DNA of 57,079 nt, filler included, from Sphacelaria rigidula (lineage: Eukaryota), in assembly GCA_964200075.2 (NCBI GenBank). It is 6 parts of 6 records of this genome, joined end to end, with 100 filler letters (N's around TTAATTAATTAA, not from the genome) between each part and the next. Parts side by side here need not be neighbours in the genome. Positions count along the whole stretch, not along the records: positions 28,592 to 38,021 come from CAXNAA020008522.1; positions 38,122 to 47,550 come from CAXNAA020008523.1; positions 47,651 to 57,079 come from CAXNAA020008524.1; 3 more parts are not named here. One strand, given 5' to 3'. A program made the translations under genes and the position numbers. Under the pieces are notes generated by a model, which saw nothing but the letters and a program-made list of their open reading frames with translations, made no database searches and was not told the origin of the DNA. This document shows positions 37,693 to 51,161 of this stretch, piece by piece. Positions within the stretch are counted from its first letter, which is position 1. Each line of letters opens with the position of its first letter.

Positions 37693-37902
37693 CTACGGCG
37701 AATAACGAGAAATGACACACAACACGGCGGAGGGAAATTATGTGCAAATGACAACACGTCTTTAGCGTAACAAAAACATAATCCCAGCAGAAAAAAAATG
37801 AGAAAAACAAGAACAAGAGCCAGCAAAACCATCAAAAGCCACGGAAACTCACAAAAGCAAAAAACCCATAAATGTAGTCACTCCCCCATAATAAACAAGG
37901 AT

Positions 37903-38021
37903 GGGGGGTGTACTCGTGATCATGCATGCCATAGGCATATGGCCATTGATCTCGCATCCCTACAAAGCCGAGACGGAGCACGCCGAGTTTGCGCCGGACC
38001 AGGCTCGCACTCAATCACCAA
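37903..38021 (-). mobile_element. Partial copy of the modular repeat, cut by the contig end
   Basis: Closely similar to 36765-36880. Confidence 0.8.
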
Positions 38022-38582
38022 NNNNNNNNNNNNNNNNNNNNNNNNNNNNNNNNNNNNNNNNNNNNTTAATTAATTAANNNNNNNNNNNNNNNNNNNNNNN
38101 NNNNNNNNNNNNNNNNNNNNNGGTACCTACCCATCCAAAATGGGGTACCCCCCCCTCACCCGTCGCCCAGAATGAGGTTTTCGGGAATTTGGGGCGGTGA
38201 ATAGCGTATTCCAGTCTGTACAGCCCCTTGCCCACACACGAAAGTACTGTAAGCGCTCACGGCCATCAGAGGGACAACCATGAGTACCAACACCACAGTA
38301 ACAAAAAAGGCTGGAAACTTTTGTCCACACATATTATGGCTTTCTACAAAATACAAGCGTTCCAAAAGTATAAACGTGATGTCATACATTCACAACTAGT
38401 GTCATTATATACCCACTGCCTGTCCACCTTCGGCTTCTCCACCGTACCTTTACGAAGTATAATATGCTCTATATACATAGTATGTTGCCATGTAGGCGCG
38501 ACGATTACACGACAGAGATGGTCTATCGGTAGGCACTATACAGTATACCACAGTAGATTCTGGTTTGTATTGGAGGGTATTA

Positions 38583-38760
38583 GTTGCCGCCATGCATAGA
38601 TTTATACGCGATCTATCAATAGCTATTGCCGTCATCAATAGATTTGGTACACAATCTGTCGAAGCAGTAGTCATTGTTGTTATCAATAGATCTGGCACGC
38701 GGTCTATCGATAGTCAATGCCGTCATCAAGAGATTTGGCAAGCTATCGATCGATGCATTT
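38583..38760. repeat. ~43-48-bp degenerate minisatellite, 4 units, each with an internal inverted repeat
   Basis: tgccgtcatcaATAGAt-n~10-TCTATcgatag units. Confidence 0.65.
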
Positions 38761-38929
38761 GGTCGGCCGCAACAGATTTCGGTCTAGGGCCCCAGCAGAC
38801 TGCTGCCCAGGCAAGAGTGTGGGAAACTAGTCTATCGATACACATTGCCAACGACAATAAAAGGAGAAACTTGCCAATCGATGGTCATTACGGATGACAA
38901 TTTTGACATCTACTGCAGCAGATTATATT

Positions 38930-39380
38930 GCTATCGCAATACATGCCGTTCATTGTCCAGGGTGTGATCAACTCTCGAATTGCTGGACTACCATCGTACA
39001 CTATCGTACACGGGGGCACCACTGTGGAGCCCGTTTTTAACCATATTATGGAGAGGTACATCGAGGCGGACGATAACAGCCAAGGCGTGAACCGCAGCTT
39101 CAATGGACACAGCAGCAGAAAAATCCGCATCCAGACCATTCCTCGGTAAAAGCGGTAAAGCCTAAATTTTCACAGCCATGAATATGACACCAAGAGGACG
39201 CACCAGAATAGCACTTTGCCCATTCGAGCCCGACAGTGAAGAAGTGAGATTTGTTGAACGACGTAGGGCGGGCGTACAGGTCCATCATCGGGATATTTCA
39301 GTATTTCCACCCTCGTCTGTTTCAAGAGGACGCCATCTAGCACACCGGGAGTAATTATCTGGCACTTCAGCTCCAAGTCT
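38930..39380 (+). pseudogene. Possible decayed tyrosine-recombinase (Crypton-like) C-terminal fragment
   Basis: FNHIMERY.....QGVNRSFNGHSSRK resembles the H-S-x-R box II context of tyrosine recombinases. The reading is broken by stops afterwards. Confidence 0.25.
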
Positions 39381-41844
39381 CAGCAGCCAAGTTTAACTCT
39401 CTTCGGCTTTGCAGTTTTCAACTTCGAACACTCAATACCACGCATGGCCGGCGGTTTCGAAACTCCGACACCGCCACGTTTTACGTCTTTCTTAGTGCTG
39501 AGGTGAGGGTTACGGTTAGGGTGCTGGTTCGGAAACCCCAGTGCTATGAAGTGCTGCAAACATGCGCACCCTATTTTTGGATGTTTTTTCTCCGAGGCAT
39601 TTGTCACGAGCGAAATGCTTACGATAGAGAGCGAGTCACGCATTGCCGCGGGCCGTTGATCCTCTACGCTTTCAAGCTACTAGCTATGCTTTCGGAAGGG
39701 CTGTGCGCAGCTCACAGCGTGCTTCTAAACTCCACCGCTATACTTTGATGAGCCTTTGTGGTACATGCATCAACATTCTGCACACGCGACGCGAATAAGA
39801 TGGGTGTGCGCTGATGAAACGCACCATCATGTACTGAACTATGCGATACACCACACCGCCATGCACACACGACACAACCTCTATGCCTCCCTCGCGACGT
39901 CATCAACAGCTGACGATTGCGCTATGCTCAGCATTGAACCCACGGAAATACTGGGATGTGTGATGAACAGACCTTACTCTGTTTCATCGAAATTCGGTTG
40001 AGCGGGCGCGTCACGTGTGCTGGGATGTCCCTTAGCTCTGTCTGGTCCGAACGTCACTACCCGTGACCCGGTGTGCACAGGTCAACGCTTCTCTCCAGTC
40101 GTGCGAAATACTTCTGCCGAGAATACCGAGAACAACTTGGGTGTCAAAAACTCAACCATAATATCCGACTTTTATACACACATTGATGCATTTTCTGAAA
40201 AAATGCGAAGCTGCTTCTTTCAATGGTTCGTCGTTGTACACCTCTCAATCGGCAATTATTCAAAAAAATGAGCGACTCTGCACATGCCATGGTTACAGTT
40301 TTTGCATTTAGCGCGTTGGCTGAGTGCATGGGGTACAGGGATAGACAGCACTTACTTTCAAGCGGTAAAAGTGCAGCCTGCAAACAATATCGTCCGGAAT
40401 AAAAGACCAGATCGTTTGTGTCGTCTGCATATCCGATACAGGTGGAGTAGAGTATGGGTTGGTGGGCGAGTCCCACGTTAGACAATGATACGTTTCTCCT
40501 GTCGTTACATTTCTCCGGCGTTACAGGACAATGCCCTACTGTACAATAAGCGAAGTGAGAGCTGATATGTTGTCCCATACACTCTTTTTGGATGGTTGAG
40601 AATTTGTGTTCAAAAGATACACTGCCTGGCCTGATCATATTTCCACAAGACTTCCAAATCGTCGTTCCTTCGTCTGCTATTGTCATGGGGGCAAGTAATA
40701 CAGATAGATGTCGCGGACTAATCGACCGCCACAACTCCTCATATTTTGATTCAACAACAGAGGCAAACGAAAGAGCCATGCTACGATAGGGGGGGGGGGC
40801 AACAGAAGCCATGATAAAGACGTGGTAACCGGAAAACCCCCCAAACCCCCATAGGATCGAACATTCCTGGTACAAAGGCACCTACGCTTTACTGAAGATA
40901 AAAACCCGTACATGTTGTGTTTGACGAAGAAACTTGCGAAGCATCGTGGTGCCTTCGAAGTAGCTCATTGATCGCGAGCAGCATCTCATGCACGTACTAT
41001 ACTCAACAAACAATGTGCGTGTAATGCCTCACCATGTGGCACCAAAAAAACAACAGCCCGCGAACAATGAAGCCGTCCCGATTGTGGGCAGTATTACATA
41101 CTACGGACACCACTGCGGAGGTGGGCATAAGATGTATCGATGTTGCCCCACAACGCGCGAGGAACGGCAGTAATGCAGTTCGTATGCAGAGCCAAAACAT
41201 GTCACCTGGTGCATCTGGAATCATCTTGTCCTCCCCGTGTGCCAAAAACAAAAACACCCCAAACACCGCACGGCACCCCACACAACACAATTGTCTGGGT
41301 TTTTTTCTTCTTCCCCTCCCTGTTTGTCTTCATTTTCTCTTCTTCCTGTTTGAAATCCATGCACACTGTCGAGAAAGGCAGCCCAACCTTACGTCCTATG
41401 ACTACTGACTGAACGACTGAACATACAACGAACCTGGAGGGTGCGGAGACTAGGCTATGCTTGCTCCTATTTGACAGCCTAAAAAAACACATGATCGAAA
41501 TTTGATTACACTAGCGAGCGCTGTGTACATCAACCTTTGCGTCTTGTCTTCATTCCTCGAGCTCAATTGCCAACTCAACAGGAGATCAACCCTGCCGGTC
41601 GAAGGATTCATCGATGTTGATACGTAAAGGAGGATGTGTACCACCAGTTTGTTTCCTCTTGAGTACTAGATATCAATGACCCCGACTGCTTTCATGTATC
41701 GATGACGGTAGGTGCAGGGTGATCTGATGTGCGTCTCCCAGCCATTTTTCACCGCGAGGCACCGATAGATGTGAATGATACTGGGCGGCGCGGTCAAGTC
41801 ATAACCGGGATGCACTTTTTATGGCCATTACCCTCCGATGATGG

Positions 41845-42185
41845 AAAGTGCTGGAACTTCAGGAAATGTCGGGCGACATTTTCGCCACGACCAAGAGTAC
41901 GTTCCCTTGAATCCACACAAACGTAATGGAGTTTCGGAAACACATTTTGATTTTGCCTCGACACTTTCGCAACACTACCTTTCCCCCACAAGCCACATGT
42001 GGAACTAAAAACGTCGAAAGAATTGCAGCAGGTTTCCTAATTGTCAAATTCACGAGATATGTACAGCCTGGCAAAATTGAACTCACAGAAGGGTGAATTT
42101 TCGAAACTCGTCCGTATATCTGTGAAAGTGTATGCTCTTTCGGTCGTCGTGAAAATGTCGCCGGAGACTTCCAATAGTGCACTAT
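41845..42185. mobile_element. MITE-like element with diverged inverted arms
   Basis: ggcgacattttcgccacgacc (~41871) versus ggtcgtcgtgaaaatgtcgcc (~42142). Confidence 0.5.
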
Positions 42186-42870
42186 TCCGATCATCGAAGA
42201 GAAATCTAATGCGAGAGTCGGACGAATCTACCTTTCGTCTGGAAATCACTTGAGTTTAGTGTGACTGATTCATACCGTACGAATCAATCCTTACACCTTG
42301 TTTTCAGCGTTGCAACCCAGGTATGCGCAGCCCAGGCGCGTGGAATGGCACAAAAGTTGCGTGAAGACCTTTTTTTACCAGCGGTCAATTGTTTCTGCCC
42401 TCTTTCGACCAATCAGGCCTAGGAAACGGTGGATTTTGTGGTTCGAACCGGCGATGATTCGTCTTGACCGTGATATATCGCCCGGCGAGTGTCATCTGTA
42501 ACCTCCCTGTTCTCTCCTTGAAACTTGATACCCGTACCACGACAGCTTTGCTGTGACGATGACGTTCCAACAATAATATTGGTCCGAAGAGAGTGTCAGC
42601 AGCCAAGCGGATGCTGTGTGTAGTACAGGGAGTACAAGGCACATGGTAGGAATGTGGGACTCGCGCATGTGGATACCGCAGACCCAGCGGGTAAACTCAC
42701 TCTGCGTATACGTCCAAGATATGTAATCGCCAAATCATTGCGATCATACGCGGCAGAATCGCGAGCATATTTCTCCTGGCGAATGTTTAGGCACGTGCTT
42801 CATTTAACGTAGTATGTAACGGCACGAGACCCCTTGTTTTTTCTACTCTCGATTGACACACGCGATGAGT

Positions 42871-43047
42871 CAATGGTCTAGTGGTCTAATGGTCTCAAGG
42901 GATCAATCCATGTCTCCTCACGTACTCACGTTTGATACGCCGATGGAAACCATGTATTTCAAAGAAGGGACAACAACGTGTCTGACCGAAACCGAACCCT
43001 AGTCCTCTGCACCCTGACGGTAACGGTCTGACCATCAGACCACCGTT
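42871..43047 (-). mobile_element. tRNA-derived SINE-like element
   Basis: Minus strand has A-box-like TGGTCTGATGG and B-box-like GGTTCGGTTTC at tRNA spacing. The 3' tail ends in (AGACCA(T/C)T)3 and shares blocks with 32108-32267. Confidence 0.5.
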
Positions 43048-46000
43048 TTGCACTGCACTCGAGACAGTTGTGCATGTCAGAGGGGCCCTCAAGGCTCAAC
43101 AAACTTTCTCCGGAAATAATCAAACAAGACACGGAGAAATGATGAACACGTCATCACGTGGTCGCATCTCTGCCAAGCACGACACGAAAAGAATACACGC
43201 TTCATCCCTTAACAACTTGGTCTAGTATGCGACAGCTGTAGCACTTTTTATCGCGAGTTTCTCGACACAGGAAGCATGCCAGCTCGCGGCGCTGCACAGC
43301 CGACCGCATACAACCAAAAGCCAGGTAGGTCAAGCCGTTACCCCTTTGCTCAATTCGCTACAGCGGACCCGAAAAGCCCCACAAACTGAAAAAAACGTTT
43401 CGTGTGCATTTTAGATCGATGCAGCTCGGTATCACGCACGAAGGCAATCGCGGAACGACGCAACCTAGATTGAGTGTGTGGAAAGCGCACGCAACAAACC
43501 GGACCCCAATTCTTCGCTTCATTGCCGGGATAACCGCATTGAAATATTGGCACAACATACCGCAACAAGAGTACCCAAAACCGGCCTCCACTCATACACA
43601 TGACAGGATATTTTATGATATGACTTTTCCCCCTGTATCAGCACCATCAAGTATACTAAGAGCTGTCCAAGCACACGCGTGGCCATCTACCGATCAAAGT
43701 GATACGTTCACTTTGCGACATGCCGCGGTTCTCGAGATATGTTTTGTGGAAGGAATTTCAGTTTTGAGGCCGGCCTAGCTCGTATCTAAATTGTCTGACA
43801 AAACGGACCCACGTCGGATCGTAGAAACAAAATAACCAAGTATTGGGTGACAGTCGCAGATGAAGACGACGCGGCCTGTACTTCCTTCTGAACCTTCCAA
43901 CGCCAATACCCGAGTCTGCTCATTTTCGGAATCGCAGAACTCCAACATCTCGTAGCCGGAAATATATATACATATGATCGGTGGACACCAGGTGAACCAC
44001 GAAACCAATATCGAACGTGTGAAGGTATGGTGTGCCACAGTAGAACAGGAAGCATATACGAGACAAATATACCCTTTTTATACCTCGTGCATAGGACTCT
44101 CCTTCGTGATCGGCACGCTTTCCTACATGACGGGATCGTTACACACTTTCGAGGCGATTGTAGTATATATGCTGTTGCCACGCACATCGCAAAAAAATAC
44201 ACCAAACCCCGGGTGAAGTGCTGCATTTTTTTTTTGTCCTACCGGGACCGGCCGTTAGGAAGACGGCCATGTGAGGGTGTGCTCTGCGAGAATGATTGTT
44301 ATCGAGCAGCGAAAACGGGTGAACTAGCCTGTTTCCAGCTTTCAGCATCGCTACTTATTTTGGGAATAACGATGAAATTGCACCGTCCTGTCCTACATTT
44401 TTTCGCCCGTCCCCAGTGTTCTCGTCCAACACGGTTATGAAACGTGGAGCCACAGTATACCTAGCGACAACGCCAAAAAGGTGCTCGGTTTGATTCATCT
44501 GCACTGACGAGGACAGAAAGTCTACAATAAAAAAGCACCGCAGCTTGCTGTTACACCCCCAACAAGGAGCCACAAAAAACGGAAATTACTCCTACTCAGC
44601 ATGCTTCACCGCACTAAAACATTGAACGATACGACACAATGACAAGTAAGCGGTTACATTAGACGCGGCCTAATATCGCCAACAATCCGACATGCACAAC
44701 TTATTGCAACGAACGCTCGACGTTGCTAAGGGCGGTAGGTTCAACAAAAAAATGCTGGCACAGCTTCATGAAACACAAAAATCATTGGTCTCCAAGTGAA
44801 CGTCACATGGGGTCACGCAGGGACCCACAACATTTATCATGATCGCAATCTCTTGTCTGCTTCGTAAACGCCGAAAAGCCAATGCCACGTAGGGATCCGG
44901 CTGTGGTCAAATGAATCACCTGCATGCAACAGGGACGACTCGCTTTGACGCGATGCACCAGAACTAACGCACTCGACAGATAAGGTGAATCGACGCACAT
45001 GTTACACAACGACTGTCGTCTCCGAGTAGTGTAGTGTCTACAGAAGTGAAGAACAAAAGTCATCACTCATGTCGGAGACGGAAGTAGCTCATAACACCAC
45101 AAATCAGGAGAAACGAATCAATCCTTCCCTGCACCCTTCACTCTCTGATACTCTACTTGCCTGACAGTTCGTTTCCGCCCAGCAGCAGTAATTGAAGACC
45201 ACCTAGACGACCGAGCTCAGAGGGGATGGCGCCTGAGCGAAGAAAGGACATCATGCAAAAGGGACCAAGGCAAACGCACCGTTCATCATCCATCAACAAC
45301 AGACATCATGACAGCAGCCATCAGTTCTTGCGCGCGGGTTAGGTATGCCCCTTTATTACGCTAGTGTATCATAATATCAGCAGTGCTGTCTACCTGGTGT
45401 ATGCCTGACACTTTGGTATCGCGGATGGGATTATGACCATCACCACTCTCGCATTGGATTGACTCTCAACGGCAAACTTGTTTTCGTTACTCGCGTCCTG
45501 TTCTCAACGGCACAAACCATACACATTTTCACAAAGAAAGGTGTCTGCCGGGACTCATATCCTTTCGCCCGCCCCAAAATATTTCAATATCGAACAGTTC
45601 CGCCAAGGGAGCCTAGTGAGGATGATCAAACGCGTACATAAGATGTTATCCACACGCGCCTCGGAAAGACTTGCTGCACTCTCCGAAAATAATTCAGCAC
45701 AGTTCTTCAATCTTTCGTGCGCCGAGTTTTACGTTCTTTATATATCTCCATGTTGCACTCCAGCAGTGTTTGTGCTCCGCTTCCGTGGGGATGGTGGGGG
45801 AGACCTCGTGCCCGAGTAGTATGACTCTAGGGTAGCGGAGCCGCAGTCTGCTCCAACGGGCTATTGTTTTAATTTCATGTACAAAGATGAGCCGGGCTAG
45901 AGCTTGGGTATTCGCCGACATCGTCACGCGGAGCCGACCCTCTCGACTTGGAACGTCAATATTCGAAGCGTCATAGGCAACTTACTTTGCGATTCTTGGC

Positions 46001-49000
46001 TTGAAACCCTGAGTTGCTTCGATCCGTCGAAAAACGACCGATCACTCGAATTCGTCATCATGATTTGTCGTATCTCAACGAAGCCAAACTCAGGGTTTCG
46101 AGACAATGTGTCGTCGCGAATCACCTCGTCGATCACGTGTCAAACGTACAGGTACTAGCTCTCCAACAAATTGGCGCCCCGTGGCGATAATTGCAGCCGA
46201 TACTCCTTTGGAGGCAATCCGCATGCAAACCAACGATCATGAGAATTTGATATCACTTTGACGGTAAGACGTCCGAAGGGCAATGGCTAACAGGGTAACA
46301 CCTTTACCGCTTCTTGTCGCATCAGAAGGTGCACGCTCAGAAAGTTTGGTCGAAGTTGACACAGTGGTGGCTCGTGACCGAGATTTCAAGAGAGCCAATA
46401 CGGAACCCCATAATATGAATGTGCCAGGAAGAAAGACGTCAGTTCCACGGTTCCAACACTACAGTCTCCAAGTGTAAATGCGACCGCTTTGATCCGTCGA
46501 TTACAACAATATGCCCACCTTGCCTCAACTCGGGGATGTTGAAACCATGTTACCATCTGGAATAAAATGTTTCTTTCTGGCCGGCCCAGCCTATTTCGTT
46601 GTGCATTTCGCGCACGGCTCGATACACGTGAAGCAACGCTTCATGGGCCGGTCATTTTTTGCTTCTTTTTTCATGACCGTTCATCGGGACCGACTATTTT
46701 TTTCCTTTTATTTTCATTTCAGGTCACTGCAGCATGTATTTCCTACTTCTTCCTTCAGGAAATGTTCCGATTTGTTCACCTTGTGTACAGCCATGTTGTG
46801 ACGACTGCATCCCTTGGGGATCCCTAAATGTGCCACAATCAATCTTCCCAACCAAATATAACTGTTGCTTGTAACGGGGTGGCTGGGGTCTTTTCGGGGG
46901 CTGCGTCGTAGCTTCATCTAACCCTCACCATCTGCGGTAACAGGGATACTCGAGTTAGCGGATGCTACTCGTAGTACAATTCGTGATGGACTTGGCGGGT
47001 ACGTACGCCTTTTTGCTTCTTCCCCCACACGTTGACAGCAGGGTTAAGGGTACTTCAACCTCGCCCGTGAGACGAGTGTGTGTCATGCTTTCATGCATAT
47101 TTACGAATTGCTAAGTAGGACACAATAATATGAGAGCAACGTTCAGCCCAAGCGTAGAGTGCAAAACAGCGAGCACGCGTCCCGGAACTGGGTTTCGACC
47201 ACTGCTGCTGTCGTTCACGTGTCCTCCCCAACTTCCTACTTCGTGGTTCGAAACCCGACAAAAATGACAAACACCTATAAATTGGTGAACCATCATGACA
47301 AGAAGCGGTATCATATATGCACCAACACTTCGACCACACAACGCCAGCGGAGTAGTTCCAAACCAACGAAGAGCAACGTCATGTACTGGGCTGAGTGGGA
47401 TATATTCCCGCACGAAACGCCTCTTGTGCATTTTCATGATCACCAGCCGACCGTTGCCTTGTCGTCAGGGATGCACCCGAGAGTGCCCGTTTCGGAATCA
47501 TGAAGTTTCTCGGGGGTGGGTGGGAGTGGGAGTGGGAGTGGCGGGGGGCGNNNNNNNNNNNNNNNNNNNNNNNNNNNNNNNNNNNNNNNNNNNNTTAATT
47601 AATTAANNNNNNNNNNNNNNNNNNNNNNNNNNNNNNNNNNNNNNNNNNNNAGATAAGGGGCTCCTAACAATTCTAATCTCAGAAATTATTTCTCTACCCC
47701 TACCGTAGCATAACTCTAGCCCCTACGATCACTCTCCTTCCTCATCTCGGTTTTTGGCTGCGATTCACCAGTTTCCCCATTGGAGTATCTACAATCCGCG
47801 AGAAAGTGAGTCGCAGAGATAAGAGCAGTAGTCGGCCTGTTCTTTTGTCTGGTGTGTTTTATTGATTAAAGCTTAGGCCTGTTTCGGTTTGTGTTGTATT
47901 AGCTCGGATACAATCAATTGTGTGAAACAAAAACGGTGCTAGGTCAGCCTGCGCTGCTGAGCTGAGTAAACAAACAACGTACGCAGAGGTCTGAACCTTG
48001 GAACATTCTTGGTGAACACCATTACAACCTCCACAAGGTGCATTCACTATTTCACATCACACTTCAAACATTTCAAGAACCAGCAGGAATCTCCGAAACA
48101 GAGATGAAGAAAACAGTTCAGCCGCATTTCCTGTTAGTTTTGGCAGCGGGACAATCGCTCTTGCTGGGTATTGTGCTGCTGCGTGCCTGTACGCCCCTGC
48201 ACACACGGGCGTGGCACGCAGTCAGAGCCGACACACGAGCGCACTACAAGCTATAGACGGCAATGTGCCCACTCCAAAACGCAAAGTGACATCTGTGGGG
48301 GCGGTGCAAGACAAAAAAACGAAACGCTGGAAACTGAAGTGCACGTACTACGCGCGAACATACGAGCATACGGCGTCGGTGCAAGAAGAGACACCTCGCA
48401 CAAGTACGAAACGCGGGCAGCTGCACTCGCGGACGCAGAGAACTGGACACACGGGCTGGAGAAGCCGACGAGGATGAGCCTCTCTCCTGCAAGTGGTGAG
48501 CGCACTGTTGTTGTGGACAACCTGCGGTGCACAAGTTGCGGTCCAATACTGTACAGTACAGCAACAACTGCAGCAGTCTGCATGAGTACGAGCGCCACAG
48601 TAGATTGCGATCGCTGCCGTACAGAACACAGGGGACTAATTGCGCTGTAGAATCCGCAGAGAAATGAGTGTGCAAGTACAGCCAGCGGTTTTTGCTCCAC
48701 CGGTGTTGTGCACAAGCTGCTGTCGACTGCTACAGATACAGGACAAGTGGAACACAAGTGCTGTGCGGTGCAATGCACCGTCGATGACGATGTATAACAC
48801 CCCTATGATTCAAAAATCTTGTTGGCTTCTCCACCGAGAGCGTACGAATACCACAAGACGCGTTGTTGGAAATATTCCCATAATATCATCCTATCTTCGC
48901 CCTTTTCGACAGTGGCGCCGTCTTGGTAGTGGGGCAATGCACCTTGAAAGCAGTATAGTACAGGCACTGTACAGTACACAGAGATCAACAAATGCTGTAC

Positions 49001-49736
49001 ATTCTGCAGAGATGTAAAGGTACAAGTACAGCAACCATGTCCTTGTACGCAGACTGCTGCACGCCCGCTAATTTTTTCCCCTCCAACTGTGCCGTGCGCA
49101 CGGTGCTGTGGATGCAATCGAAACATAAGATGCGTGTTCCATCACAAGTACAACGGAAGAGAAGGAACTGTGGGTGACGGTATATATACCCAACGGGTTC
49201 AAAGATGGATGAATCCGCCACCAAGAGCGCCCCGTTCCTACAGTACAGTAACATGATACGTTTTGGAAGAGCTCTCCAGAAGACCTATTGAATGCCGCTT
49301 TTTTCAGCAGTCACCCTCTGTAGTCGAGTAGTTGAGCGTTGAAAACCGAGCTGTTTTACATCATCACGTGTGGTAGCTTGTGCGCCGTCGCACGTGCGAT
49401 ATCAATACTTTGCAATGATCCGTGTCGTGCCTTCCACCGCGAGTGCGTAACAAACACGTGTTCCTTTCTGTTGTGATACACGCGTTATGAACTGCACTGA
49501 TTCGCGCACACTGCTCTCGTGTACCAAGACTGACGTGCAGTAGCCATTGCGTTTCTCAAGCAAGACGTGCGTTCCCTGCTGTACAAACGTGTGCTAAAGA
49601 GTTGTTTGTGCGCTCGGATCTGTCGTGCGTTTCACCACATAATTATCAGGTCCCAAGACAAATTACGAGACTTCTCGTCCCTGTGCGGTGAAACTGCAAA
49701 TAGCCCGTGCGAGGGCGCTGAGGGGACTACGGAAGC

Positions 49737-50930
49737 TTGTCAGAGATGCAATGCGGCCACGCTGCAATAGGCTGCGACACGCCGGGCTCGCCCGAGGTGT
49801 ACATCAATGGGAAAAAAAAGGCGGCCCCCGATCGAAGACATCGCTTTCGCAGGGGTTACATGAAGAAGCGGGTAGAGCAGCTGGAGAAGGATGCTGAAGG
49901 GGAAGACGAAAAGGCGGCGGCGATTTTTTCAACGATACAACTGTTGGAGCCTCAAGAACAGCCGCCGTCTCTACCAAACACAGCCGTACACGAAGTCAAC
50001 GTGTCGGACCCTCCCGAAATACTCGCCGCAAAGCTTGCGGCGAACGCATTGGATCGCGCTTCCGCCTCCGCCGTTGAAGCAGATGATGCCCGCAATAAAG
50101 CCGAGGAGGACAAAAGGGAAGCTTACGCGGAGGAGGCAACGTATCAGCTACTAGCAGCGGGCGCCGAACCGTGTTTCGCTATACCGCGCACTGATGATAC
50201 CACCACCCACCCGAAGGTCGTGGCCGCAACAAAGGCGCGAGTGGAGTGGGAACAAGCAGCCACCAGTGCCAAGATAAATGATAATGTCGCAAAGGTCGTC
50301 GAAAACGCAGCAGTCACACAACAGGACGCAGCCCGCGCCGCGGTTGCGAAATTTGAAAAGGAGTCCGGGAAAAATATCAACATGCCGGGGGATGGAGACT
50401 GTGCCGCTCAAGTGAGGGCAGCTGCTGACGCCACCCTCGCGGCACACGAGGCGAGGAAGACGGCCATCAACGACTGCTCAGCCTACCAGATCGGCCGTGT
50501 GGGCGAACAGGCCTGCACTACGATGAAGGTGCTGGACGCCCCAGCGCGGTGACATGGAGATGAGGCGGACGTGGCGAAGAAGGCGTTGGCTGCTGCCGAC
50601 TTGTTGGGGGGCGCCGGGTGCAACGAAGCAGTAGAGGGAAGGCTGCAGGAAATGAAGAGGGTGCGGGAAGCATATTCCATGCCGGCGATCGCTTCTGATG
50701 CAGCACGCCGTCATGGTAGCATCACTGCCAAGACGGTGCTCGCTTGGTACAACCAGTTCAACAAATTGTGGTACTTCAAATTAGATGAGAGAGGCGCAAC
50801 GCGCAAGGAATGGATCCTCACCGAGGACGACCTCTTGCACATGTTGCTGATGCTCTTGAAAACAGAGAAGCGCTTGACCGTATCGAAGGTCGTTGACTAC
50901 GTGAACACCAAGCTTTTCACTAATACCGGA
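49737..50930 (+). pseudogene. N-terminal/HTH part of a probable DNA transposase (IS630-Tc1-mariner-like), one premature stop, truncated before any DDE domain
   Basis: ORFs 49737-50552 and 50571- are in the same frame, separated by one TGA. An Ala-rich helical region is followed by TVLAWYNQF....F..D.RG....W.L.EDDL......LTV......VN..L. Confidence 0.45.
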
Positions 50931-50948
50931 GTCCAGGAGCGGGATCGC

Positions 50949-51161
50949 GAAGACGACCAACAACCGGAGTCCTCTTCATCACTAGCAGGAGCGGGGTCGG
51001 GACAACACGATCAACAATCGGAGTCCTCTACATCGTTAGCAGGAGCGGGATCGGGAAAATACGATCAACAGCGGGAGTCCTCTACACCATTAGCAGGAGC
51101 AGGATCGGGAAGACGACCAACAACCGGAGTTTTCTGTATCACTAGCAGGAGCGGGGTCGGG
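50949..51161 (+). repeat. 54-bp tandem repeat, 4 units
   Basis: acga.caaca..ggagtcctct.catc..tagcaggagcggg.tcggg, reading DQQ.ESS..LAGAGSG. Confidence 0.9.

Noticed and set aside
40144..40881. 245-aa ORF containing YADD
   Set aside because: No other RT motifs and an atypical composition, so probably chance.
45168..45341. AG/GT-bounded open segment as a plus-strand exon
   Set aside because: Splice-like ends only, with no recognisable homology or partner exons.
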